DNA of 64,000 nt from Desulfatiglandales bacterium (GCA_963662465.1 OY759599.1:6400001-6464000); one strand, 5' to 3'. Positions 40,126 to 51,122 are shown, numbered from the stretch's first letter. A program made the numbers and translations. Notes: generated by a model not told the origin, from the letters alone.

Positions 40126-41469
40126 TCAAAATCCACGGCATTTTTTTACGGCCCATTTAAAAAAATCTTTATGATCAGGTCGGCGAACCACGAGAAACCA
40201 CAATAGCTTCTGTATGAAAAACATGCATTTCATAAAAAACGTCGGCGGATATTTTATTAATCTTTGCGAAAGAAAGCGGTTATCTCCTATCCATCGTTGT
40301 AGATTCTCAAAGGTCAGGTAGATTTCATCATAAACGCTCTTGCTTTCGAATAATTTTTTGAGCCCATTATGATCTTTGCAGCCATTGAACAGGTTTGATT
40401 TGTTTAGCCTCTTTTTCCGAATGATATTGCTCGCGAAGTCCTTTTTCACTTCCATTGCGTTGACAGGCCATAGGCTCAATATGCCCTTTTCTCTCATTTT
40501 GTCAATAATCGCCTGAGCCTTACTCGTTCGAGTTATTATGAGGGACCTCCCGACAGTATCATTTTCAATGCTATCCAACCACGCATCTCCGAGTGAAATA
40601 TCTGATAGTTCGGCAAAGAAATCTTCACACATAAGGCAGTGTTTTAGTGCGAAATAGTTCGATCCCAAAAAATATTTCCAGCAATTTTTATACTCGATCT
40701 TGGAAGCACCCGAATCGGATGCTATTCTTACAAAGCCTGGCCAGCCTTGCCCTCTGTAGGCAATGCTTAAAACATGCGCGGGGTTATGGCCTAGCGCCCG
40801 GCACAGACAATTGGTAGCATTAGCGGAAGGTGTTTTTCCGCAAAAAAGTCCAATATAGGCGACAATCAGCTCATTTAGCTCTGAATTAGCAGCCGAAGCG
40901 AGACGGAGTCCATGCAAATGGCACGGTAGTCCCACAACCGCGACCTTTATCTTTTTCTCCAATATTTCCCTGATCTTAATATTTAGGGGAACAGGGTAGT
41001 ATCGTGATCCCTTAGCCTCAAAAGCATCAGAAGATGAATAAGCAAGAAAGGGAACCGGACGAATTGGATTGTTTGGATTGCCTTTTACCAGCAGTGCGGC
41101 ATCAATTGCGCCCGACTGGAGAAGGTAGGATATCAAAGTCGTTCCTACGCCACCGGAGGAGCCTTCATGCCGCGCTTTAACATCACTCGAGAATCCTTGA
41201 AATAAATCAATATAATGTCCAATCTCACTGTCTTTTGGAGGGTTTCCGAAAAGCTTTTCGGCAAAATCGCCTAAGTTCAAGCTGAGGGGTGGGCAGGTTC
41301 CAATACACATGTTACACCTAGTGCATTCTTTTCCACTGGTTATTCTGGGTCGATAGGAGCCTGCTTTGCTTTGAAACATCTCGACGACTTTGAAAGGGCA
41401 AATCCCAGCACACGTACCACATCCTGTACATTTATTAGGATCTTTGAGTACCTCAAATGCTCTACTCAT
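40126..41469 (-). CDS. FrhB/FdhB-like protein with ferredoxin domain
   Basis: CTGCGTCAGICP, SSGG, VVGLPC, IGLFC, YRGQGWPG, DISLGDAW. Confidence 0.88.
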   Translation of the reverse strand: MSRAFEVLKDPNKCTGCGTCAGICPFKVVEMFQSKAGSYRPRITSGKECTRCNMCIGTCPPLSLNLGDFAEKLFGNPPKDSEIGHYIDLFQGFSSDVKARHEGSSGGVGTTLISYLLQSGAIDAALLVKGNPNNPIRPVPFLAYSSSDAFEAKGSRYYPVPLNIKIREILEKKIKVAVVGLPCHLHGLRLASAANSELNELIVAYIGLFCGKTPSANATNCLCRALGHNPAHVLSIAYRGQGWPGFVRIASDSGASKIEYKNCWKYFLGSNYFALKHCLMCEDFFAELSDISLGDAWLDSIENDTVGRSLIITRTSKAQAIIDKMREKGILSLWPVNAMEVKKDFASNIIRKKRLNKSNLFNGCKDHNGLKKLFESKSVYDEIYLTFENLQRWIGDNRFLSQRLIKYPPTFFMKCMFFIQKLLWFLVVRRPDHKDFFKWAVKKCRGF

Positions 41470-42691
41470 TTTCCACGGCCCTTAACAAACGGATCAACTC
41501 ATGACGATTATGCTCGAATTCAGTCCTTTTGGCTTCCAGCGATCTTTGTATTTCTTCACGTCTTTTCACGAGTTCCGACAGAATATTATCGATAGGTGCA
41601 GCAAAACCAGAATATACCCATCTCTCAAGGCCCAATAGTTTCATTATCCCTTCAGTTTTGTGGCTATAGGAAATTGCCAAAGTCGGTACACAGGAGGATA
41701 ATGCCGCAATGTTTGCGTGCATTCTCGCACCGATGAAGATCCGGCATTGACTAATTAGTCCCTTGAGTTCGTCGGCTTTGTAGTGGCCCTTTAATAGAGA
41801 AATATGAGCTTTGTGTTCTGAAAGTTTGTAAAGATTTCTGCAGGCAATCCTATCATCATGCCTTTCTGTGTCCGGCCCGGTTACATGGGGTATCAAAAGT
41901 ATATTTGCATTTAATTTGTTTACACAAAAATCAATGGCATCTAACATTGAATTAAAATAGTTTTTTTCCACATTACAATTTGAGTCAGAACGAAATCGAA
42001 CAAAAGACTGACTAACTGAAATGCCGACTATAGGTAAATGGGTATTTATTTTTTCCGATCCAATAATTTCTTTTAGCCGGTCTTTGTTCGCTGGTTTAAG
42101 CCAAAACCCTACATCATTAATAATGACATTGCTAATGGTTTTGATACCAAGGCCCTTTAGAATGATATTCGTAATTGGCTCACGTGGAATGACTAGCTTG
42201 CATCTATTAAAAATATATTTCGCAAAGATTCTGTTTCGTTGATAAATATACGGTCCGATTGACTGAGGTAAAATGACAATCTTTCGTTTATAGCATATGG
42301 AAGGTAGAAAATGCAGGAGCTCTTCGAATGAGTTCTTCTTACCATAATGATCAGATAAAGTATCTCCGGAAATATCTACCACAAGGTCAGCTTTTTGAAG
42401 GACGTGACTGTCACGATGATCGAGCAGTCTTTTTACAAGGCTTGTGGACAACTTATTTAAAAATAAGCCGAACAAAAGTCTTTTATATCCGTAGCCATAT
42501 GCTAAAAATGGACTTACATTCAAACGGTATTTTTTTATTATTCTTTGTGTGGGTTGTAAATCACTTTTGGAAACAGGAACGTAGAGACGCGGAGACTTAA
42601 ATGTCTGCTCAAGCAAGTTTATAGTGCTGAATAGCATGGCAACAGCACCTTCGTTATGTAAGAATCCCGCTCCTTGGATTATGATATCCAT
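41462..42691 (-). CDS. Polysaccharide pyruvyl transferase (WcaK-like)
   Basis: NEG..AM, SGDTLSD, PQSIGP, RE, IGARMHANI, ISYSHK. Confidence 0.88.
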   Translation of the reverse strand: MDIIIQGAGFLHNEGAVAMLFSTINLLEQTFKSPRLYVPVSKSDLQPTQRIIKKYRLNVSPFLAYGYGYKRLLFGLFLNKLSTSLVKRLLDHRDSHVLQKADLVVDISGDTLSDHYGKKNSFEELLHFLPSICYKRKIVILPQSIGPYIYQRNRIFAKYIFNRCKLVIPREPITNIILKGLGIKTISNVIINDVGFWLKPANKDRLKEIIGSEKINTHLPIVGISVSQSFVRFRSDSNCNVEKNYFNSMLDAIDFCVNKLNANILLIPHVTGPDTERHDDRIACRNLYKLSEHKAHISLLKGHYKADELKGLISQCRIFIGARMHANIAALSSCVPTLAISYSHKTEGIMKLLGLERWVYSGFAAPIDNILSELVKRREEIQRSLEAKRTEFEHNRHELIRLLRAVENE

Positions 42692-42780
42692 TGTTTACCT
42701 CCACACTGAAGGGCAGAGAGAATGGCGAAGTTTCGGCCGTTGCCGGAAAAAGAAGCCACACCCATAGATCGGAAGCTCAT

Positions 42781-44313
42781 TTAGCCTGCACGACCAACGC
42801 GCAGCCTTCCGATTCTATCACGGATTTTCAAGTAATACTTTTTCTCATCTTTAGAGAATGCAATTAAATAAATAATTGGAAAATATGAGAGTGAAAAAAA
42901 ACATGCGATCGACAAGCGAAGGTAGTCTGGGACCAAAAACGGCGTTATGATAAAATATAATCCAAATATCAGTAAGCTGGATTTGATAAAGCTATACAGC
43001 AATCCGCCAAAGTAAAATTCATAGAAAGTAATAAAACTCACCTTTTTACTTGTCAGATAGGGTACAAATATTAACTTAGATACAACCATCGGCAACATGG
43101 TACCTAGTGCAACCCCTACTATCCCATAATTTCTGACAAGAATTAGGCTTAATGATATATTGACAAAACCTTCACCAATATTACAGAACATAATTATCTG
43201 ATGTTCGGAAATCCCACGAAGCAGATTTATTGTTGGCACCTGCGAAAGAGCAATAGTAAGGCCAAAAGTGAGCACAGTCAAAACAACATAACTTTCATCG
43301 AAACCAGCCCCCATCCAACGCTGAATAAAAGGTTTGCCCGTTATTATGAGCATCCCCCCCAAATATACGCTCAGCACCGTTGAAATCTTGACAAGAAAAA
43401 AATATGTATTTCTTAGACCATCAAGGTCATTTTTTCCTTCCAGATGACTGAAGACCGGAACTGTTTGTCCCAAAAAGGCAGAGATCGCCTCAACAAAGTA
43501 GTTGCTTATTTTATTCGCTATTGCGTACGGAGTTACTGCTGAAAGGCCCACAAATTTCGCAATAACAAAATAGTCAATTTTGAATCTAAGCACGTCTCCA
43601 ATTGCAGCAATTATGTTTTTATAGCTATAGTTGAAAAGCAGTTTAAATGTACTTGAATTGACGTTGTATAATTTAATTTTTATGTCTTTTTCCCTGATAG
43701 AGAAGAATGCTATGAGAAAGACGTAACCAAAGGAGTCAACCACAAGTGTAATGATTGCCATTGAAACTATGGTGTATTCGTACGAAAGAAAAATGTATAT
43801 TAGTATTGATCGTACTATTGCCTTTACTAAATCAATCTTGGCAAGCAAATCATACATCAATTTCGATTCAAAATATCCCAACAACGTTTTCATGGGAAAG
43901 CCAATGGCGGCGCTCATACCCATTACAATGACCAATGTATTGAAGATTCTGGCTGCTGCCTCTTTTGCGAACCATATGTGCAGGGGGTGAATGAGCAAAA
44001 TGAAAAAGATAGCAATAGAAGCGCCAATTATTGAAAACAGAAATAGAGAGGATGAAAAGACTTCATTGATTTTCTGAATATCATTGTTTGCATAGTATTT
44101 TGGAAAATATCTTTTTAAAGCAGAGCTCAATCCAAGATCCAAAAATCCGCTAACACCTATAAGACTGCTGATTAGACTCCACAAGCCGAACATTTCCTCT
44201 CCAAGCTGTTTGATGATGAAAGGAGTGAGGAAAAAAGTTATTATGACCATAACGCCTAAAGTCAAAAATCTCCAAATTGAACCAGAAATTAGCTTATTTC
44301 CAATATTTTCCAT
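42781..44313 (-). CDS. Wzx-type oligosaccharide flippase
   Basis: 510 aa polytopic, LG...FGLW, LDLGL, YGIVGVALGT. Confidence 0.9.
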   Translation of the reverse strand: MENIGNKLISGSIWRFLTLGVMVIITFFLTPFIIKQLGEEMFGLWSLISSLIGVSGFLDLGLSSALKRYFPKYYANNDIQKINEVFSSSLFLFSIIGASIAIFFILLIHPLHIWFAKEAAARIFNTLVIVMGMSAAIGFPMKTLLGYFESKLMYDLLAKIDLVKAIVRSILIYIFLSYEYTIVSMAIITLVVDSFGYVFLIAFFSIREKDIKIKLYNVNSSTFKLLFNYSYKNIIAAIGDVLRFKIDYFVIAKFVGLSAVTPYAIANKISNYFVEAISAFLGQTVPVFSHLEGKNDLDGLRNTYFFLVKISTVLSVYLGGMLIITGKPFIQRWMGAGFDESYVVLTVLTFGLTIALSQVPTINLLRGISEHQIIMFCNIGEGFVNISLSLILVRNYGIVGVALGTMLPMVVSKLIFVPYLTSKKVSFITFYEFYFGGLLYSFIKSSLLIFGLYFIITPFLVPDYLRLSIACFFSLSYFPIIYLIAFSKDEKKYYLKIRDRIGRLRVGRAG

Positions 44314-44351
44314 TGTTTGGGTGCCAGGGATAGAAGAGCATTTTTTTTAGT

Positions 44352-45551
44352 TCATTTAATCTTTCTATCTGGCAGATAAGAATAACGGGGAATTATATAA
44401 TCCCTATACCTGTTCGGGTTTCCTTCTTCACCGCACTCTGCCGCCTTTACTATATTATACATCTCTCTTGCTGATACGTAGTGAAGAGCGAACTTTTTCA
44501 TATCATTGTACTCTTCTTCAAGATAACTAAACATTGTGTCAGAGTCCTTGTTTAACAAAATCTCGCTATCTGCTTTTTCAGCGCTCGCCCCATGTCCATG
44601 GATCTTAATGAATATCCAATTTGGTCTTCCTTTAAGATGTATTCCTTTATTTATCCAGTAGTCAATACGGGCTGGAAATGGGACATCGCTACTGGACATA
44701 TTAGATTGCTCCAGGCTTGGTCTGAATAAGTGAATACGAGATTTCCATCGCAAGCCAATAATTCCCTGAATAAAAAGTAGGCCTTTTGTTTGCCTAATTC
44801 CAACTTTGGCGACCGAATGGAGTTTATTGTATCCCTTTGGGTAGGAAGAACAGCTTTGGCCGTAAAAGATTGTATTAGCAAATTTTGGCTGTGCCTCGTT
44901 TGATATTGGGAAAGTAAAATCTGCATAACATCCGGTCTCTTCCAAGACGGAAAGTTCGTCATTAACACCGCAATGCTCACCATTTTTCAGAGAGTTCGCG
45001 AGTGCCCAGTCTCCGTGAATAAACCCGTATGCCTTTCGACCCTCAGGAAGACAAAAAATGCCATATCTTGAATACGTTTCTATGCAGTCAAGAATTTTCT
45101 TTTTGAGGGATAAGCTGTCATCCGGCCAAGGTTGTTGTCTGTCATGGTGGAGATGCATTTCCACTTCTCCGAATCCTTGGGAACACAATTTAGCAATTTT
45201 TTCCAAATGATCATGAGTGTCGTAGTGGGGGGGAAAGAAAAACGTGTGTTGGGGACACACTCCGTCGCTGTCTTTATGATTGCCAGCTAACTTCGGATAT
45301 CGTTCGACCCAGGCATTAACCCTTAATATTTGCTCTTCCAGGCTTGCATTTCCATTTCCTGGTTCAAAATGGTCAACAAAAGCAAACATAATGTGGATGG
45401 GTCCTTTCGACTTCGACTGGAAAAACCTGATTATGCTTCTTTTTAAATCCGAAAATATCCAGTACTGCATCTTTTTTTTGAAGATGCCGAGCAAAAGTAA
45501 ACCAAACATCAGGAGGAAGACTATGGCGAAACTTGATCCTAAGAATAACAA
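44352..45551 (-). CDS. Conserved hypothetical protein, possible metallo-hydrolase fold
   Basis: N-terminal TM, DHFEP, HTFF, EMHLHH, FIHGDWAL, GCYADFT, KIHGHG. Confidence 0.75.
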   Translation of the reverse strand: MLFLGSSFAIVFLLMFGLLLLGIFKKKMQYWIFSDLKRSIIRFFQSKSKGPIHIMFAFVDHFEPGNGNASLEEQILRVNAWVERYPKLAGNHKDSDGVCPQHTFFFPPHYDTHDHLEKIAKLCSQGFGEVEMHLHHDRQQPWPDDSLSLKKKILDCIETYSRYGIFCLPEGRKAYGFIHGDWALANSLKNGEHCGVNDELSVLEETGCYADFTFPISNEAQPKFANTIFYGQSCSSYPKGYNKLHSVAKVGIRQTKGLLFIQGIIGLRWKSRIHLFRPSLEQSNMSSSDVPFPARIDYWINKGIHLKGRPNWIFIKIHGHGASAEKADSEILLNKDSDTMFSYLEEEYNDMKKFALHYVSAREMYNIVKAAECGEEGNPNRYRDYIIPRYSYLPDRKIK

Positions 45552-45590
45552 TACTCAGGCCCCAGTTATATTTCGACTGGCGTTCTTCAT

Positions 45591-46295
45591 TCAGACCGCC
45601 GGCTCAGGGATGACATCGTACCTGTTTTTTCTGTTTGGCCGCTTTTCTGCCAGCACAATGATTTCCTCTGAATATAATCTGAAAATGTATCTTTTTTTCT
45701 TTATAATTAATCCGGCATTGCCCAATAACTCGGAAATGTCTGCTAATGAAAGCGATTTTTCCTGTATTGTCTTCGGTGAGATAAATCTTTTTGAAAAGCG
45801 CTTAAATTTAGCAAAGAAGGAATCATAGGAGAAGGAGACGATTAAGAACCTACTTGTTACTCTATTTATCTCTTCTGCTATTGATAGTTTCGTGGAATCC
45901 GGTATTAGGTGCATTAATTTAATCGTGAGCACACAGGAAAAAGAATTGGAACAAAAAGGCATAGCGCAACCATCTAGAGCCAATGCACCCCAAAAAGAAG
46001 GACAATGCTTTTTTTGAATTCTCAATTTGGTATGTTTGAGCATTTCGTAGGAAACATCCGCTACAAGAATTTTATACCCCTCGTTCATCAATAGACTATC
46101 TAACCGCCCGGTTCCACAGGGCATATCCAATATCGTAGATCCTTTCGGAACAGCTTTCATCAATACTTTGATAGCATTTCGTTGTAATCTGGCATAAAAT
46201 TTGCCTTTCAGGCTTGAGAATCTAACTTTGTCGTATTCATTTACAGTATTTGTCTTTCTGTATCCATATTTTGCTTCATAGGATAAATTGTTCAT
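45591..46295 (-). CDS. Class I SAM-dependent methyltransferase
   Basis: ILDMPCGTGR, ADVSYEML, MPF..NSF. Confidence 0.88.
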   Translation of the reverse strand: MNNLSYEAKYGYRKTNTVNEYDKVRFSSLKGKFYARLQRNAIKVLMKAVPKGSTILDMPCGTGRLDSLLMNEGYKILVADVSYEMLKHTKLRIQKKHCPSFWGALALDGCAMPFCSNSFSCVLTIKLMHLIPDSTKLSIAEEINRVTSRFLIVSFSYDSFFAKFKRFSKRFISPKTIQEKSLSLADISELLGNAGLIIKKKRYIFRLYSEEIIVLAEKRPNRKNRYDVIPEPAV

Positions 46296-46372
46296 GTTTT
46301 ATGACTCTAATTTAATCCGTAAATTTGTCGCCAAAATGCTACACCAAAATACTTTAAAAAAACATGCAATTT

Positions 46373-47440
46373 TTAAATTATTGGTATTTTTTTTAAATAA
46401 GACTCTATTTTGAACAATACACCCGATAACTTTCGGCGATAGATACACTGCAAGTACATTGAAGCGAATTTGCCAATTACGGGATTGATCCTATTCATTG
46501 TTAAATGATGACGCATACATGATTTCAATAGTGCCTGTAACTCATAGACAGAAAGCACAAATCGCAACTCAGCATCTATGTTTTGTGGTTGAAAATAGGT
46601 TTGTAAAAAAATGCTTTTATACCGGGCTGAATGTTTTCTACTGAAAAGGTATAGATAAGGCATAAGCTCCATGGCTACTAAAAAGGCGGAAATGTCTTGC
46701 GCTACCGGCTCAATTCTGTTTGAATCAATGTCTAGTACCGTAATCGCACGATCATGGATAATAATATTGGACAAACCAAAATCTCCATTTCGATTTGCAT
46801 ACTCACATAAAACCTTACTCTTAATTAAGAGGAGTTGGTTTAGAACTCTTTCAATTTCAAATAAAATCTTGCCACTAAACGCAAACTTGTTCCTTTTCCC
46901 TTCATAAGGCTGCCTGTCGGAGAGGTACCGCATGTATCGAATTGTATCTTCGAAATATCGCTCATTTATCGCTTCTTTCTTCGCTGTTTTTGCTATTGAA
47001 TGAAACGTCCTCAACCACAATGCGCAGAGCTTGATGATTTCAGCTATTTCTGCCTTGTCAACCTTTTTGAATATCCTATGAATATTTTTAAAAATACGAT
47101 GTAGGTTATCTCCAGGGACAGCTTCTGTCAGTAAAATGTTTAAGTCTTCAATGAAATCCAGCGGACGAGGGCATGCAATATTGGGATTGGTGTTTATTTT
47201 GTTAAACTGCCGGTAATGATTAAATTCAGTAAGACCTTCGTTGTTTTGTTCACTTCTCGGTGTGCATTTTGCGAACACCTTTTTTGTCACGCTTTCTGAT
47301 TCTATCTTACAATAATACATTTGATAAGTTGACCCAACGTATGGCGTAACCATTACCGAATACCTTTCTCCCAAATCAGGGAAGTAGGTCTTTGCATTTT
47401 TGAGGATGTGATTCTTGATCAACGTGGATTTATGAGACAT
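46373..47440 (-). CDS. APH/choline-kinase-like phosphotransferase
   Basis: WLRTFH, NGDFGLSNII, VLDID, QDISAF. Confidence 0.75.
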   Translation of the reverse strand: MSHKSTLIKNHILKNAKTYFPDLGERYSVMVTPYVGSTYQMYYCKIESESVTKKVFAKCTPRSEQNNEGLTEFNHYRQFNKINTNPNIACPRPLDFIEDLNILLTEAVPGDNLHRIFKNIHRIFKKVDKAEIAEIIKLCALWLRTFHSIAKTAKKEAINERYFEDTIRYMRYLSDRQPYEGKRNKFAFSGKILFEIERVLNQLLLIKSKVLCEYANRNGDFGLSNIIIHDRAITVLDIDSNRIEPVAQDISAFLVAMELMPYLYLFSRKHSARYKSIFLQTYFQPQNIDAELRFVLSVYELQALLKSCMRHHLTMNRINPVIGKFASMYLQCIYRRKLSGVLFKIESYLKKIPII

Positions 47441-47455
47441 TTATCCCTTCCGAAC

Positions 47456-48754
47456 TTACCATACCTGCCTGAGAAATAGATACCATGCAATCAGTACGGC
47501 GATGGTGATTCCGAAAATGTTCTTATTCCAGAGATGAGCTGTTTCTATAGGGAAAAGTATGCCTTCAGCACTGACTTCATCAGTGTCGCCAAGGGCCAGC
47601 CTGCCCATCGTTCCAACCAAAGCAACGCAAATTAGAAAAATCAGGTCGTATGTTCTGGTCGAAAAGACGGAGGCGGCAATATAGGAAACAAAGAACGCTC
47701 CAAAACCGGCATAATATGGACGCCATTTTTCGTCAAAAACCGGTTTCTGTAGACTTAAAATAGTCAATGCTACGGCATAGATCATCCCTATGAAGGCATA
47801 TAGACCCAACAGCCCCAATTCAGCGCCTGCACGAACATAGGAACTGTGCGTATCCTTTTTATGATGCTCACGAAATTGGTCCTTTCCAACGCCAGTTATT
47901 GGGTTGCTTTTTAGAAGTTGCCATCCCTTAGCCCAGGCCTCTATCCTACCCATGGCTGATTCATCTTCCCGATATCCGGTTGATTGTGCCACTCCGACGG
48001 CTATAATGCCCGTAATTGCCAAAAGCATTAACTGGCGTTTTCTTTTTGGATTGTTGATCCATAAATAGAACCAGGTACCCAAAGAGGCAGCCAATGCAAC
48101 TTGTCCACCTCTTGACTTTGTAAGATAGATGCAGTATCCAGAGACTATCAGAAGAATGAGGGCGATAATTCTACCCAGGAAGCCTTTTGTTTGAAAGAGG
48201 AGGCCCAATGCGAAAGGGACAACGAGAACAACGGAATAGGCTAAGTCATTAGGATTATCAAAATTCCCAATGCCTTTGATCTGCCAAACGCCTTTGTCAC
48301 CAGCAAAAATCATGCCCGCTCCGGTTATGTCATAACCATAGTGTTGCAGAACACCCATTAGGGCTACCAATCCCATAAGAATGACCATTGCCCAGACTGT
48401 TTTTGTAAACCTATCCTCACTGTTTACAACTATGATGATAAAGTAATAAATCAGAGCTGTTTTCATTGTTGCGATTGCAGTGTCGACGACATAGGACAAC
48501 CAAAACAAACTTAAAGTAGACAGCACAATAGATGCAAGGAACAGCCCTGTATATTTATCCTGAGGACTTTTAATCAGCTTTTTCTCAATCGGGCTAAATA
48601 AAAGACCAATAAGCAACGTGACCATCAAATATAATACCAAACGCGTACCCTGCAGACCCGGAACAAAATCCTGGGGGCGAATGATTTGAAGGAATATAAA
48701 CAGGAGTAAGCCGAAAAACAGCATTATCTTATGGCTACGTTTGAAGTGAAGCAA
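47456..48754 (-). CDS. O-antigen ligase/Wzy polymerase family protein
   Basis: IRPQD, NPNDLA, TKSRGG, SAMGRIEAW, PITGVG, THSSY..AELG. Confidence 0.88.
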   Translation of the reverse strand: MLHFKRSHKIMLFFGLLLFIFLQIIRPQDFVPGLQGTRLVLYLMVTLLIGLLFSPIEKKLIKSPQDKYTGLFLASIVLSTLSLFWLSYVVDTAIATMKTALIYYFIIIVVNSEDRFTKTVWAMVILMGLVALMGVLQHYGYDITGAGMIFAGDKGVWQIKGIGNFDNPNDLAYSVVLVVPFALGLLFQTKGFLGRIIALILLIVSGYCIYLTKSRGGQVALAASLGTWFYLWINNPKRKRQLMLLAITGIIAVGVAQSTGYREDESAMGRIEAWAKGWQLLKSNPITGVGKDQFREHHKKDTHSSYVRAGAELGLLGLYAFIGMIYAVALTILSLQKPVFDEKWRPYYAGFGAFFVSYIAASVFSTRTYDLIFLICVALVGTMGRLALGDTDEVSAEGILFPIETAHLWNKNIFGITIAVLIAWYLFLRQVW

Positions 48755-48817
48755 ACAGATGTCGGTAGGAATGACGCATTGTGTACCGATGAGGTTGCGG
48801 CGTTTGTATCTTGATGT

Positions 48818-49960
48818 TTACAGAGCCGAATTGTTTTGGAACCCGGATAATTTGTCATAAAAGGTTGCGTATTTCTTAATCATCCTATTCAATGAGAATT
48901 TTTCCTCAACGGTTCGCTTTGCATTAGATCCAAGCCTGCCTGCGAGATCCGTGTTTGTTGTCAGCGATGCAATCGCCTCAATAAATTTTCCAAGGTCATT
49001 GGAAGGGTAAAGGATGCCATTTTTCATATGATCAATGATTTCAGGGCATCCCCCGACATTAGCAGAAATCACGGGGAGGCTCATTGCCATGGCTTGAAGC
49101 AGCACGTTGGGGAAACCCTCCTTCAATGAACAAAGGACAAAGACGTCCATGAGGGAGAGATACTCGCCCACATTCCGGGAGTAACCGGTAAAAATTATTG
49201 CTTTTTCGAGATGGTATTTCAGGGCCATACGCTTGATATCATCCAGATCATAACCGCCTCCCACGCAGATAAGCTTCAAGTTTTTGTTTCTATGAAATAG
49301 AATCTTAAATGCCTTTATCAGGAATGGATAGTTTTTTATTTTTCTGAAATTCGCGACTGTCCCCAATACAAAATCATTTTTTTCTATGCCATGGATTTTT
49401 CTGAATCTTTCAGCTTGGGATATCTCTTTCCTGAAAAAATCAATATCGATGCCGTTTTTTATAACTGATATTTTCTTTTCAGGGACGAAAAATGTTTTGA
49501 ATAATTCCCGTGATTTTCCAGAATTGCAAAGCACTTTGTTTGTCAATTTCAATAAGATTACAAGAAAAAATTTATGGCGGACACCATAGTGGTGAAGCAG
49601 ATCAACCGAATGGTGGATAGTTTTTATTCTTCGGCTGCTCATGCATTTTATGGCCGTCGACAGAAACAATTCCTTCAAACCAAAAGAGTTTATGATCGAA
49701 ATATGATTTTTTATAACATATTTATAGATTTTCCATGCCTTATTTAATTCTAAATAACCTCTCGTAACAGGTTCAACATGAACCCTGGCATTAGTTTCGA
49801 GAAATTCGGGAAGCAACGCCAGATTTTTACTCGTCACGCAAATGTGCATCTTGATATGAGGAGGGAAATGCCTTGCAAAGTCGAGCAGCCTCATCTCTGG
49901 GCCACCGCGTTCCAGATCATATATTAGGAACAGAACATTTATTGATTCCGAATTCCACAT
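48818..49960 (-). CDS. Glycosyltransferase family 4
   Basis: GGPE, IKNGID, EGFPNVLLQAMA, VGGCPE. Confidence 0.92.
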   Translation of the reverse strand: MWNSESINVLFLIYDLERGGPEMRLLDFARHFPPHIKMHICVTSKNLALLPEFLETNARVHVEPVTRGYLELNKAWKIYKYVIKNHISIINSFGLKELFLSTAIKCMSSRRIKTIHHSVDLLHHYGVRHKFFLVILLKLTNKVLCNSGKSRELFKTFFVPEKKISVIKNGIDIDFFRKEISQAERFRKIHGIEKNDFVLGTVANFRKIKNYPFLIKAFKILFHRNKNLKLICVGGGYDLDDIKRMALKYHLEKAIIFTGYSRNVGEYLSLMDVFVLCSLKEGFPNVLLQAMAMSLPVISANVGGCPEIIDHMKNGILYPSNDLGKFIEAIASLTTNTDLAGRLGSNAKRTVEEKFSLNRMIKKYATFYDKLSGFQNNSAL

Positions 49961-49979
49961 CGAGTCACACTTTTCCTTT

Positions 49980-51122
49980 TTACCAGAGTTTTCTGGGATT
50001 CAGAGCTAGCTTCAGCGGCGCCAGAAATGCGAAATAATTTAGAAAAATGATACTTCTAAAAATTCTGGTAAATTTGGATAGTAACCTGAATCGCCCTTTC
50101 ATGGGAGGTAGAAATGAAATCAGAAAAAAGAGCGCAACGGTTGCGAGAAAAAGGTAAGAATAAACATCTTCTAATTTCAATGCGACAAATAGAAGTGTAA
50201 TCAGGCAATATGGAATTAACAGCCTGAAAATTTTATGGCTCATGAATCTTATCCATAACGGATTCTTCAATGGATTCAGAAGCGCTGGTTCCAAAAAAAG
50301 CAACTGCCAGTTGCCGGCAAGAGTCCTTATTTTTCTTTTCTTTTCCAAATCAAGGGTATTTGAAACAACATCGTAGGCGATTGCTTTGTTTTCAAAAACG
50401 GTCCTGTATCCCAGCATGCACACATGCATCGGAACCAGCACGTCATCCAAGAGTGTTTGAACCGGAAGCGGTCGAAACAGCTTTTTTCTGATAGCGTATA
50501 TGGCCCCCGTGGCGCCCGGCACGGAACCCGTGGCGCTCTCAAGTTTTCTTAGCCATTTCTCAAAGCGCCAGTAAGCTCCCATTTCGGATTGTATTGAACT
50601 TCCAGGCGTTTCTTCAAAAACCAGTTCTCCGCTTACACATCCCACTTTCCGGTCACCGAAATTTTTGACCAGTTCTTTAATGGCGTTATCGTCAAATCGC
50701 TGTCTGCAATCCGCGAAAACAACAATATCGCCGGTGGCGGAAGCCACACCCGTATTTATGCAAAAAGGTTTTCCAAGAGAAGGCTCGTGAGAATGCATTC
50801 TTAAAAAGCCTTTCGTCAAACCGTCGGTTTCATGTATAATTGTTTTCACGATATCATCAGTTGCGTCCATAGAACCATCGGATACAATAATTATCTCCAG
50901 TTTTTCTTTTGGATAATCCTGGTTCATTATGTTGCGTATGCGTCGCTCTATGTTTTTCGCTTCATTTCGAGCTGCAATGACAATGGATACGCGAGGGAAA
51001 TCTTCCATATGCCCGTATGAAATCGGATATTTTTTAAATACGGATTTAATGTAGAGCCCCAAAGGGTAGCCCAGATAGGTATAAAAAATGAGGAATAGCA
51101 GTATCCAGAAAAGGAATTCCAT
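49980..51122 (-). CDS. Glycosyltransferase family 2, membrane-anchored
   Basis: YTYLGYP, AARNE, SDGS.D, GATGAIYA, LLDD, RKIRTLAGN, SHK..R. Confidence 0.92.
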   Translation of the reverse strand: MEFLFWILLFLIFYTYLGYPLGLYIKSVFKKYPISYGHMEDFPRVSIVIAARNEAKNIERRIRNIMNQDYPKEKLEIIIVSDGSMDATDDIVKTIIHETDGLTKGFLRMHSHEPSLGKPFCINTGVASATGDIVVFADCRQRFDDNAIKELVKNFGDRKVGCVSGELVFEETPGSSIQSEMGAYWRFEKWLRKLESATGSVPGATGAIYAIRKKLFRPLPVQTLLDDVLVPMHVCMLGYRTVFENKAIAYDVVSNTLDLEKKRKIRTLAGNWQLLFLEPALLNPLKNPLWIRFMSHKIFRLLIPYCLITLLFVALKLEDVYSYLFLATVALFFLISFLPPMKGRFRLLSKFTRIFRSIIFLNYFAFLAPLKLALNPRKLW

